Sequence record: OK040806
Reading direction: 5' to 3' (one strand)
Length of the DNA: 64,000 nucleotides
Source: Escherichia phage CL1
The notes beneath the pieces are model-generated. The model had not been told where the DNA came from, did no database searches, and saw only the letters and a list, made by a program, of their open reading frames with translations. A program made the position numbers and the translations under genes. This document shows, piece by piece, positions 9,244 to 17,827 of this stretch (its first letter is position 1; every line of letters begins with the position of its first letter).

Positions 9244-11388
9244 ATGAACAAAGTACAGATTATTAAAAAGAATGGCTCACTTGAAGAACCTGATATCAAA
9301 AAAGTTTTAGCAGCAGTAACTAAGTCAGCTAACAGGGTTGGGTATAAAGAACTTCCACCAGATGTTACCCAAGCTCTTGAGTCAGCATTTATGAGGATTC
9401 TGGTAAAGTCCACTAAGCAGAATAATTTGCTCATCTCGGTAAATGATATTCACAGTATTGTTGAGGGTGCTTTGGCAGAAGTTAATCACGAGATTTATGA
9501 GTCCTACTCAACATATAGAAATTACCGTAAAGAGGTTGCTCAAAATTGGGACGAGCTTTACCAAAAGACTAGAGATACACTCTTCTTAGGTGACCGTGAA
9601 AATGCTAACTTTGACAGCAGTTTAATTTCTACAAAAGGTTCAATTATTCGTGGTTATCTGACTAAAGAAATCTTTAAACAGTACCATTTAACACCAGAGG
9701 AACTTGAAGCCATTGAAAAAGGGTTTATCTACATCCATGACTTAAGAGACCTAATTTTTGGTGGTATCAACTGTTGCCTGTTCGACATTGGTAAAGTACT
9801 GAAAGGTGGCTTTGAAATGTCTGGAATTGAATACTGTGAACCGAAGTCTGTGCTGTCAGCCTTACAGGTTATTGGTGATGTAGTTCTTTCAGCAACTGCA
9901 CAGCAATTTGGTGGCTTTACTTTAGCAGAGATTGACAAGGTACTTGTACCGTATGCTAAAAAATCTTTAGTGTACCACTCAGAGAAAGCTGAAGAGTACG
10001 GAATACCTAAAGAGCAACACTATAATTACGTAATGGAGCAATTACAGAATGAGTTAACACAAGGTTTCCAATCTCTTGAAATGAAACTTAACACTGTTCC
10101 TTGCAGTCGCGGTGATTTTGCATTTACTACTCTGACATTTGGCCTGTTGGAACCAGATATGCACAATGAAGATAACCGTCTTCAGTTTATGATTGCCAAT
10201 ACAATCCTTAATGTAAGGATGAACGGGCAAGGAAAAAGCAAAAAACCTGTTGTGTTTCCTAAACTTGTGTATATCTATGAAGAGACAAGACATAAACTTG
10301 ATGTGTGCCAAGCAAGGTTGTTTGAAAAAGCTATTGAGTGTTGCTCTAAAGCGATGTATCCAGATTTCTTAAGTGTATCTGGTCATGGTGCTGTAGCAGA
10401 TGCTTTTAAGCGTTCTGGTAAGGTGATTTCACCGATGGGTTGCAGAGCTTTCTTATCTCCATATCTTAACGAGAATGGGGAAGAGTTCTATGTAGGTCGT
10501 GCTAACATTGGTGCTGTATCTTTGAACTTGCCAATGATTTACCAGTATTCTAAAGATAATGGTTTAGATTTCTGGAAAGAGCTTGATAAGTACCTAGAGA
10601 TGATTCGCAGCTTCCACAAGAAACGCTATGAAATGATTGCTAACATGCCAGCAAGCTCTAACCCTCTTGCGTTCACACAAGGTGGTCTGTACAAAGGGAC
10701 TAAGAAGCCTACTGATAAGGTTGGTTGGGATATCGTGAAGTCCTTCACAGCTTCTTTTGGGGTTACTGCGCTTGATGAGTTATCTGTTCTCGCTGAAGGT
10801 AAACGACTTCATGAAGTTGGTAGCTATAGTTTTGCATACGATGTTCTGGCATACATCAACATGAAAACTGAAGAGTTTAAAAATGAAGATGGTTTCTTAT
10901 ATGCTGTCTATGGCACTCCAGCAGAATCACTTTGTGGAACTCAACTAAAACAGTTCAGAGAAATGTTTGGTGTTATCAAAGGTGTTTCTGACAAGGAATA
11001 CTTTACAAATAGTTTCCATATGAATGTTGCAGCAGACATCTCACCATTTGAGAAGCAGGACTTAGAAGAGCCATTCTTCCATATCTGTAGAGGTGGCAGA
11101 ATCCAGTATGTCAGGGTAGCTAACCCAGAAAACTTAACAGCACTTAAGAGTTGTATTACAAGAGGGATGTTGAAAGGTTTTTATCAGGGACTTAACTTTG
11201 ACCTAGCAATTTGTGAGCATTGTGGTAGCAGACCAAAGGCCGATGTTGAAGAATGTGAGGTTTGCCATTCACATGATATCTCTGTGATTAACAGGGTGTG
11301 TGGGTATCTTGGGTGGACTAAGATTAAAGGTGAATCCCGAATGAACGATGCAAAAATTGCTGAGATTCGTGATAGAGTCTCTATGTAA
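9244..11388 (+). CDS. nrdD: anaerobic ribonucleoside-triphosphate reductase
   Basis: C-terminal glycyl-radical motif NRVCGYLGW and CEHCG..CEVCH zinc ribbon; 714 aa. Confidence 0.95.
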   Translation: MNKVQIIKKNGSLEEPDIKKVLAAVTKSANRVGYKELPPDVTQALESAFMRILVKSTKQNNLLISVNDIHSIVEGALAEVNHEIYESYSTYRNYRKEVAQNWDELYQKTRDTLFLGDRENANFDSSLISTKGSIIRGYLTKEIFKQYHLTPEELEAIEKGFIYIHDLRDLIFGGINCCLFDIGKVLKGGFEMSGIEYCEPKSVLSALQVIGDVVLSATAQQFGGFTLAEIDKVLVPYAKKSLVYHSEKAEEYGIPKEQHYNYVMEQLQNELTQGFQSLEMKLNTVPCSRGDFAFTTLTFGLLEPDMHNEDNRLQFMIANTILNVRMNGQGKSKKPVVFPKLVYIYEETRHKLDVCQARLFEKAIECCSKAMYPDFLSVSGHGAVADAFKRSGKVISPMGCRAFLSPYLNENGEEFYVGRANIGAVSLNLPMIYQYSKDNGLDFWKELDKYLEMIRSFHKKRYEMIANMPASSNPLAFTQGGLYKGTKKPTDKVGWDIVKSFTASFGVTALDELSVLAEGKRLHEVGSYSFAYDVLAYINMKTEEFKNEDGFLYAVYGTPAESLCGTQLKQFREMFGVIKGVSDKEYFTNSFHMNVAADISPFEKQDLEEPFFHICRGGRIQYVRVANPENLTALKSCITRGMLKGFYQGLNFDLAICEHCGSRPKADVEECEVCHSHDISVINRVCGYLGWTKIKGESRMNDAKIAEIRDRVSM

Positions 11389-11397
11389 AACTTGACA

Positions 11398-11438
11398 AGG
11401 TGGTGTGAGTCTTGATAGGCTTACATCACCTTTTTTAT
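11398..11438 (+). terminator. intrinsic terminator after nrdD
   Basis: 12-bp stem AGGTGGTGTGAG/CTTACATCACCT (two G-U pairs) then TTTTTTATT. Confidence 0.6.
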
Positions 11439-11450
11439 TGGATGTTAGAT

Positions 11451-11564
11451 ATGGCAGAGAGTATTATTGGGTTGTTCATAGGTTCTGTCTTACTAGGGTT
11501 CTTTTTAGGACTCTCCTATTGTGAGTTGAGAGATAAGCTAAAATGTTTAAAATACCAAAAACGT
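11451..11564 (+). CDS. small hydrophobic peptide (37 aa), speculative
   Basis: ATG 11451; product MAESIIGLFIGSVLLGFFLGLSY... has a single TM-like segment; no clear RBS. Confidence 0.2.
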
Positions 11565-11739
11565 TGATATACATACTCCACATACTAATCTTCTTCTTTG
11601 GGGTTAGTGTTATGGTATGGGGTTTTTCAGACCCACAATGGAGTTTCGCATATCATGGTTAGATGGATTTATGGTCATGCTTCAAACCATTTTTAGGGTT
11701 AGCTATAGCATTCAGTGCATTGCCAACTAAGGTGAAATT

Positions 11740-12135
11740 ATGATTAAGTTGAACAAAAAACAGTTAGAGTGGATTAAAGATTACGCCTCAGAGTGTGGCT
11801 CTTGCGAAAAGAGTCACGTAAGATATTCAATATTCCATATAACCTTCACATTGTATATCAGTGACAACGTTCTGAGTGATTCCGTAGAAGACGGTGTAGC
11901 ATTAACTAATGAGTTACTTGATAAACTAGCTGTAGTCACTGGAACTTGGTCTGAAGAAGACGGTCATGAATTATCTGACAATGTTGTCTTCTACACCATT
12001 GAAAACATTATGAACCCAGAGTATATTGCACTCATGACTTGTGCACAAGACTGTGTGCTCTTACAAGACTTCATTAAAGAGCACTGTGAAGAGTTTATTA
12101 CTAAATATGTTCCTTGTCAGGTAGTGTTTGAATAA
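11740..12135 (+). CDS. hypothetical protein
   Basis: 131 aa ORF. Confidence 0.5.
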   Translation: MIKLNKKQLEWIKDYASECGSCEKSHVRYSIFHITFTLYISDNVLSDSVEDGVALTNELLDKLAVVTGTWSEEDGHELSDNVVFYTIENIMNPEYIALMTCAQDCVLLQDFIKEHCEEFITKYVPCQVVFE

Positions 12136-12194
12136 GCAAAACAATTCGAAGAGAAGGTTTAAATAATATTTATATGTATTGGTGAGGTAACTAG

Positions 12195-12681
12195 ATGAAT
12201 TACATGGAGATTAGGCCATTTGACACAGCTAATGGTGAAGGGGTTCGTGTAAGCCTCTTTGTAGCTGGTTGTAAGCATCACTGTGAAGGCTGCTTTAACA
12301 GGGAGTCTTGGAAGTTTAATGCTGGTAAAGAGTTTACTTATGCAAACCTCTACGGCATCATTAAGTTAATGGATGATGAGGCCATCAGTGGGTTGTCAAT
12401 ACTCGGTGGAGAGCCTCTGGATGACAGAAATATTCAAGAGGTTACCAACATATGCAAACGTATTAAAACAGTTTACCCAGAAAAGTCTATATGGCTCTGG
12501 ACAGGTTTTCAGTTACACGAAAAAAATTCACTTAGATGTGATGAAATATGTTGACGTGGTGATTGATGGTAAGTATGATTCATCTAAACCAACAGTTAAA
12601 CCTTATCGTGGCTCTGATAACCAAAACCTCTGGAGAAAAGAGTATGGGTGGCAAGGTGATTGTCAATGGCGAGCAGAATAA
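12195..12681 (+). CDS. nrdG: anaerobic RNR activating protein (radical SAM), interrupted by apparent +1 frameshift in an A7 run
   Basis: CKHHCEGC radical-SAM cluster motif and ILGGEP in frame 1 (12195-12554); NrdG-like C-terminus VDVVIDGKYD..RGSDNQNLW in frame 2 (to 12681); frames join if A-run 12520-12526 has one fewer A. Confidence 0.8.
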
Positions 12682-12763
12682 ATTTAAACATTGGTGGCAA
12701 TGTTGTTGGTGTCACTGAAGAAGAACCTAAAACATTTTGTGAAAAGATTGAGAGAGATATGAA

Positions 12764-13021
12764 ATGGGAATCTGGAACAGTTTTAAATCAAAAGTAAAAG
12801 CAGCACTGGCATCACTAGGTATGCTCACTGGTGTTGATGTGACTCATCTCATGCAGCACTTCAAGATGGATGAGAAACTAGCTAATGAGATTATGAAAAG
12901 TATCTATGTAGGTCGTGGTAAAGGTGGTAAAAAACAAGCACATCGACCAACTGGTGCAGCAGCTATTAAACGGGCAGCTAAGAAAGCTCGTAACCGTAAA
13001 CGTAACAAGAAGGCTAAATAA
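12764..13021 (+). CDS. hypothetical protein with basic C-terminus
   Basis: 85 aa ending KKARNRKRNKKAK. Confidence 0.5.
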   Translation: MGIWNSFKSKVKAALASLGMLTGVDVTHLMQHFKMDEKLANEIMKSIYVGRGKGGKKQAHRPTGAAAIKRAAKKARNRKRNKKAK

Positions 13022-13023
13022 TC

Positions 13024-13344
13024 ATGAGCAAAGTTTATAACACTCGTAAATTACAGATTTTCGTACTGTGCCAGTTTATGGCTAAAGAGTATAACTACTA
13101 CTACTGCGGTACAGGGTTCATTAGTGATGATGACGGCTCATATCTACCATTCAAAGAGGCTGTAAAACTCTTCAATGAAGAGGAAAGCTCTAAGAAAGAT
13201 ATTGAAAAGGTTAAGCTAACCTACAGCAAGAAAGATAAGAAGATTATCTGCCTAGATAACTTTGTAAAAGTTACTGGAGAAGCGAAAGAGTTTATGGATG
13301 AGAGTGAGATTTCATTCACAAGCATCTTGAAAGTAGCTCAGTAA
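13024..13344 (+). CDS. hypothetical protein
   Basis: 106 aa ORF. Confidence 0.5.
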   Translation: MSKVYNTRKLQIFVLCQFMAKEYNYYYCGTGFISDDDGSYLPFKEAVKLFNEEESSKKDIEKVKLTYSKKDKKIICLDNFVKVTGEAKEFMDESEISFTSILKVAQ

Positions 13345-13356
13345 ACAGATACTATA

Positions 13357-13383
13357 AGGGGACTGTAAAGGTTCCCTTTTTAT
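13357..13383 (+). terminator. intrinsic terminator
   Basis: GGGGAC..GTTCCC hairpin then TTTTTATTTT. Confidence 0.5.
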
Positions 13384-13395
13384 TTTGGAGATAAC

Positions 13396-13911
13396 ATGTA
13401 TCTGTCAAACCTGAAACGTTCGGCTGCAATGTCAGTTCTAAGACTCAGTTTTGAGGAACGTCAAGAGTTCATTGACTCCCACCAATACGACCCTTCTAAC
13501 TCAAATCACATGATTCTCTGGAATCGTGAGAGTACTCGTGAAAGAGCACTATTCCGCTATTACCCACACTACACTATAGATAACTTGTATGAATGTTTTG
13601 TTGTGAAGAACACCATTGCAGTGCTCAATAAGCTTTGCAGATACACAGGTAACAAGTCCTTCACATTAGGTCACCACAAACCTGTTACAAAAGGTGGTGA
13701 ACATCACTGCGCAAACTGGTTTATCCAAACTAAAGCTGATAACCAGAAGCAAGGAGATAGACTCCTAAGCATCCCTAAGATGACCTATGAAGAGCAAGAG
13801 AAATATATCAAAAATAATATGCCAGATGTGCTTGACAACAACTATACAGATTTGGCAATATCTCTCCTGTTGAAGTTCGAGACAGTTTATAGGGCAACTT
13901 ACAATGGCTAG
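13396..13911 (+). CDS. HNH endonuclease (putative homing endonuclease)
   Basis: GHHKPVTKGGEHHCANWFIQTKADNQKQGD resembles the HNH core. Confidence 0.55.
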   Translation: MYLSNLKRSAAMSVLRLSFEERQEFIDSHQYDPSNSNHMILWNRESTRERALFRYYPHYTIDNLYECFVVKNTIAVLNKLCRYTGNKSFTLGHHKPVTKGGEHHCANWFIQTKADNQKQGDRLLSIPKMTYEEQEKYIKNNMPDVLDNNYTDLAISLLLKFETVYRATYNG

Positions 13912-14182
13912 AACAGATTGGGAAGTAAAAGAACTTGTAAGTGATGCTGGAAATGGCTGTGAGATGTATATGATTCGTGGTCATGTACCAGACCCATTAG
14001 CTATTGAGATGATTGACCATCACACAAGTGGATTCTACAAAGAACTCGGTGAACCAAGTATTGAAAGAACTTGGACAAAACCAGTTCCAGATAGCACAGG
14101 TAACTGCTCAGTAATCTATCACATTGTGAATCCACAAAAATGCAAAACAGCTATGGCTGTGACATTCGTAACTTTTGATTGA
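13904..14182 (+). CDS. hypothetical protein
   Basis: 92 aa ORF. Confidence 0.5.
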   Translation: MARTDWEVKELVSDAGNGCEMYMIRGHVPDPLAIEMIDHHTSGFYKELGEPSIERTWTKPVPDSTGNCSVIYHIVNPQKCKTAMAVTFVTFD

Positions 14183-14193
14183 GAGGGAAAACT

Positions 14194-15075
14194 ATGAAAA
14201 CATCTATCCGTGTTACAGTTCATTCACCAACTAAAGGTACTCATGAAGAAGAGTTTAACATCATCCAATTTCCTTCTGGTGAGATTGGTGGACACTTTTC
14301 ACAAGAGCTTGTTGATTTCACTGCTTATGCAGCATCATCCATCAACAATGTGATTATGATTGTAAAAGGTTATGATAAAGACACATTGTTTGCTGTGGCA
14401 CTTGCTAAAGAAGCAATTGATGATTTAGTCCCTCATGATTATGCTTTAAAGACTGTCATCTTTTACTACTTACCAAATGCACGATACGACCGTCACATGT
14501 TTAAAGGTGATGCAGCAGCTTTAAAGGTTTTTGCTAAGCAGGTCAATGCAATGGGGTTTGGCGCAGTCTGTGCAGTTGACCCTCACAGTTATGTACCAGA
14601 TAACCTGTTTAACTGCTTCCAGAGTATTCCTCAAAAGGAAATTGCAGTCCACTATGCAAATGACCCACTGGTTGATTACTTAGTAGCCCCAGATGCAGGT
14701 GCTTCTAAGAAGATTGCAGAGACTGCTAAAGAGGTGGATAAACCATATGTCACAATGTCTAAAGTACGTAACCTTAAGACTGGTGAAATTACTGGTATGC
14801 GAATCCTTGATGATGTTGATTTGACAGATAAAACCGTCATGATTCTGGATGATATTTGCGATGGTGGTCGAACCTTCATAGAGGCAGCTAAACATCTTCG
14901 TGAAGCAGGTGCAAGACGTGTGGAACTCTATGTAACTCATGGCATTTTCTCTAAAGGTGTTGAAAACTTGCTTGACAACGGCATTGACCACATCTACACT
15001 ACAAACTCTTTAGGGGAAGCTAAAGACCGTGGCTTAACACATTATGGTCAAGTTACTGTAGCAAACCTTGATTAA
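14194..15075 (+). CDS. prs: ribose-phosphate pyrophosphokinase-like (PRPP synthetase family; candidate ADP-ribose pyrophosphate synthetase)
   Basis: PRPP-binding motif VMILDDICDGGRT; ATG 14194 after GAGGG; immediately upstream of NampT-like gene. Confidence 0.85.
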   Translation: MKTSIRVTVHSPTKGTHEEEFNIIQFPSGEIGGHFSQELVDFTAYAASSINNVIMIVKGYDKDTLFAVALAKEAIDDLVPHDYALKTVIFYYLPNARYDRHMFKGDAAALKVFAKQVNAMGFGAVCAVDPHSYVPDNLFNCFQSIPQKEIAVHYANDPLVDYLVAPDAGASKKIAETAKEVDKPYVTMSKVRNLKTGEITGMRILDDVDLTDKTVMILDDICDGGRTFIEAAKHLREAGARRVELYVTHGIFSKGVENLLDNGIDHIYTTNSLGEAKDRGLTHYGQVTVANLD

Positions 15076-15084
15076 AACTTTATA

Positions 15085-15105
15085 GGGGCTTACAAGCCCC
15101 ATTTT
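15085..15105 (+). terminator. intrinsic terminator
   Basis: GGGGCTT-AC-AAGCCCC hairpin then ATTTT. Confidence 0.5.
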
Positions 15106-15120
15106 GAGAGAGATTAAAAG

Positions 15121-16902
15121 ATGACTAACTCACTTTATGCAGTACCAGCAGGTTTAAACGCAGATGCTTACAAATCTGGCCATATTTATCAGTATCCTAG
15201 TGTAACAGAGCATCTAATGTTCAACCTGACACCACGTAGTGATAAATGGTTTAACAGCCCTTTAGCAATTGATGGTGTAGTAGCTTTTGGTATTCAACGT
15301 TTTGTTAAAGATTACTTGATAGACCACTGGAATGCCACCTTCTTTGAACGTGACAAAAAAGAAGCAATTGACGAAATCTTGGAAGTCATGAACGGTGTTC
15401 TGGGTAAAGATGCTATTGGTCGAGAACATTGGGAAGCACTTCACGACTTAGGTTATCTACCAGTTGAAGTATACGCTGTAGAAGAAGGTACAGTTGTCCC
15501 TATGCGTGTTCCAATGATTGTATTCCAGAACACTGTTTCAGGTTTCCATTGGGTAGCAGGGTATCTAGAAGATGCTTTCTCTGCTGAGATTTGGAAGGCT
15601 TGTACCATTGCAACTATTGCATTGCACTACAAACGTATCTGTAAGAAGTGGTCTGACCTTACTTGTGACAATGACTTACATTTACCTTATCAGTGCCATG
15701 ATTTTGCTATGCGTGGTATGTCCGGCTTTACTGATGACGCATTTAACGCTGTAGGTCACTTGACTAGCTTTAAAGGAACTGATAGCTTCCCTGCTGTGTA
15801 TACAGCTAAACGCACCTATGGACAGTCCTACCCAATCTCTGATATCGGTGGTTCTGTACCAGCCACTGAGCATTCTGTAATGTGTGCAAACATTGCTTGG
15901 GAAGGTGGTAATGAGTTGATTGAAGAAGAAAGACGCTTTAAAGGTGAGTTACAAACCTTTCGTCGTTTCTTAACAGAAACTTACCCAACTGGTATTGCAA
16001 GTGTTGTTTCAGATACTTATAACTTCTGGAGAACTGTGTCAGAAATCTTACCAGCACTTCGCAAAGAGATTATGGAACGTGATGGTAAACTGGTGATTCG
16101 TCCTGACTCTGGAGACCCTGTACATATTGTCACAGGATATAAAGCAATCCACTTAGAGTGTGCTAAAAAGGCTTATTATGAACACCTAAGCAAGCTGGAA
16201 GCCAGTGACACAATGCTGAATGCTGTTCTGAACATGAAGCTTGAGAACATCAACTATGGTATTGCTGGGTGGCTACTGTCAGAAGGCTACGAAATGGTTG
16301 TTGACAGAGAAGACTTTGAAGTTGCCGATACAGTAATGTTGAAAAATGCTTATATGGTTGGTTCTGCAAACGTTGTAACGCGTCCTGTAGCGGAGATTGA
16401 TGGAGCTATCAAGACACTGTATAACATCTTTGGAGGAACTATCAACTCTAAAGGTTTTAAAGTACTGGATGAGCACATCGGGCTTATTTATGGCGACTCT
16501 ATCACGTTGGAACGTGCAAACGAAATACTGAAGCGTTTGTATGAAATGGGTTTTGCAAGCTCTAACGTAGTGTTTGGTGTAGGTTCTTACACTTACCAGT
16601 ACATGACTCGTGACACCTTTGCATTTGCTGTCAAAGCAACTCTTGCAAGCATTGGTGGTAAAGAGATTATGCTTGCAAAAGACCCTAAAACAGATAGTGG
16701 TGTTAAGAAGTCTGCTTTTGGTGGAGTAGCACCTATGTGGGATGGTGAAAATCTGAAAGCTGTAGATGGCTATGGGTTCCAGAGCTTTGCAGATGCACTT
16801 GAACACCCAGCTTGTGCTTTACGTTTAGTCTTTAGCGACTCTGAGCAGTTCGGCTACACGACTCTTGGTGATATTCGAAATAATATTGACAAGCAGCTTT
16901 AA
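15121..16902 (+). CDS. nadV: nicotinamide phosphoribosyltransferase family protein (NampT/NadV-like)
   Basis: 593 aa; N-terminal AVPAGLNADAYKSGHIYQYP typical of NampT. Confidence 0.85.
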   Translation: MTNSLYAVPAGLNADAYKSGHIYQYPSVTEHLMFNLTPRSDKWFNSPLAIDGVVAFGIQRFVKDYLIDHWNATFFERDKKEAIDEILEVMNGVLGKDAIGREHWEALHDLGYLPVEVYAVEEGTVVPMRVPMIVFQNTVSGFHWVAGYLEDAFSAEIWKACTIATIALHYKRICKKWSDLTCDNDLHLPYQCHDFAMRGMSGFTDDAFNAVGHLTSFKGTDSFPAVYTAKRTYGQSYPISDIGGSVPATEHSVMCANIAWEGGNELIEEERRFKGELQTFRRFLTETYPTGIASVVSDTYNFWRTVSEILPALRKEIMERDGKLVIRPDSGDPVHIVTGYKAIHLECAKKAYYEHLSKLEASDTMLNAVLNMKLENINYGIAGWLLSEGYEMVVDREDFEVADTVMLKNAYMVGSANVVTRPVAEIDGAIKTLYNIFGGTINSKGFKVLDEHIGLIYGDSITLERANEILKRLYEMGFASSNVVFGVGSYTYQYMTRDTFAFAVKATLASIGGKEIMLAKDPKTDSGVKKSAFGGVAPMWDGENLKAVDGYGFQSFADALEHPACALRLVFSDSEQFGYTTLGDIRNNIDKQL

Positions 16903-16916
16903 AAGTATATGATAAA

Positions 16917-16939
16917 AGGCTCCTACGGGAGCCTTTTTA
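16917..16939 (+). terminator. intrinsic terminator
   Basis: AGGCTCC-TACG-GGAGCCT hairpin then TTTTT. Confidence 0.6.
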
Positions 16940-16955
16940 ATTTCTGGAGAATGCT

Positions 16956-17300
16956 ATGGACAACCTTTCCATATGGTTTAACAAGAAACCTGTGCAACCA
17001 AAATACTTACAAGTTGCATATACAGACATCCTTGAAGTTCTCGGTAAAGAAAAGTTTGAAAAGTTTTGTGAAGGTATCTACAATCACCACTGCCAATTTG
17101 CTACAAAAGAAGGTATGTTTGTCATAGAACAGTTCTTTGGCAGAGACCCAGATGACTACGAAGAGATTAGCTTTGTAATGAAATACATGATAGAGTATAT
17201 TGAAAATCGTGGATTCGAAGTTAATCCTGAATTTTATGAACATGAGGGTGTGCCTTTAGTAAAAGGTTTTGATGGCATACTCGTTAACTGGACTTGGTGA
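16956..17300 (+). CDS. hypothetical protein
   Basis: 114 aa ORF with ATG start. Confidence 0.5.
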   Translation: MDNLSIWFNKKPVQPKYLQVAYTDILEVLGKEKFEKFCEGIYNHHCQFATKEGMFVIEQFFGRDPDDYEEISFVMKYMIEYIENRGFEVNPEFYEHEGVPLVKGFDGILVNWTW

Positions 17301-17305
17301 AAATT

Positions 17306-17641
17306 ATGAAAATCAAAGAAATGAACATCAATATTGTCTTAGAAGAGCGTTGGGAGAACATCAAGAAGCATGAGAGTGGTCATAAGTTCCTTAACAAAAT
17401 CTTAGTAGCAGCCAAAGAAGAACTGACTGGCAAGGTTGCAGCAGCAATTACAATAAAGGTCTGTGTAAAAGGTCTTCCAGACAATCACCAATTTGCACTT
17501 GACGAGTTTAAAGAAAGCTTCTACAATCCAAACAAACAGATGCTTGAAAGTAACTTTGCAGTGTCTACAAGTATTGTTCATGACAGAAGTTTTATCCTTT
17601 ACAAGAATATGAGAGGTGAGTCATGCAAGCATATTGGATAG
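17306..17641 (+). CDS. hypothetical protein
   Basis: ATG 17306; track start 17294 is TTG. Confidence 0.45.
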   Translation: MKIKEMNINIVLEERWENIKKHESGHKFLNKILVAAKEELTGKVAAAITIKVCVKGLPDNHQFALDEFKESFYNPNKQMLESNFAVSTSIVHDRSFILYKNMRGESCKHIG

Positions 17642-17799
17642 AAATTTTACTGTCACTTGGTAGTGTAGCAGTGTTTGTTTACCTTCTTTGCAAGTACTAT
17701 GCAGAGCACAAAAAATGTGACTACTGTAATGGGGAAGGTTATACAAGAGCAGGTTGTTGCCCTATGTGTGGCGGTTCTGGTAAAATGTTTAATAAGTAA
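17623..17799 (+). CDS. small membrane protein with CxxC..CxxCxGxG zinc-finger-like motif (58 aa)
   Basis: N-terminal TM segment ILLSLGSVAVFVYLL, then CDYCNGEG..CCPMCGGSG; below track cutoff. Confidence 0.35.
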   Translation: MQAYWIEILLSLGSVAVFVYLLCKYYAEHKKCDYCNGEGYTRAGCCPMCGGSGKMFNK

Positions 17800-17827
17800 C
17801 TTAACAGTAAACTAAGAGGAAAGTATT

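Noticed and set aside
306-16806. Other antisense track ORFs inside confident genes (306-521 -, 1406-1777 -, 9729-9938 -, 10054-10311 -, 14680-14991 -, 16279-16806 -)
   Set aside because: Each lies wholly within a well-supported gene on the opposite strand (motif-bearing nrdD, prs, nadV and others) and lacks independent support.
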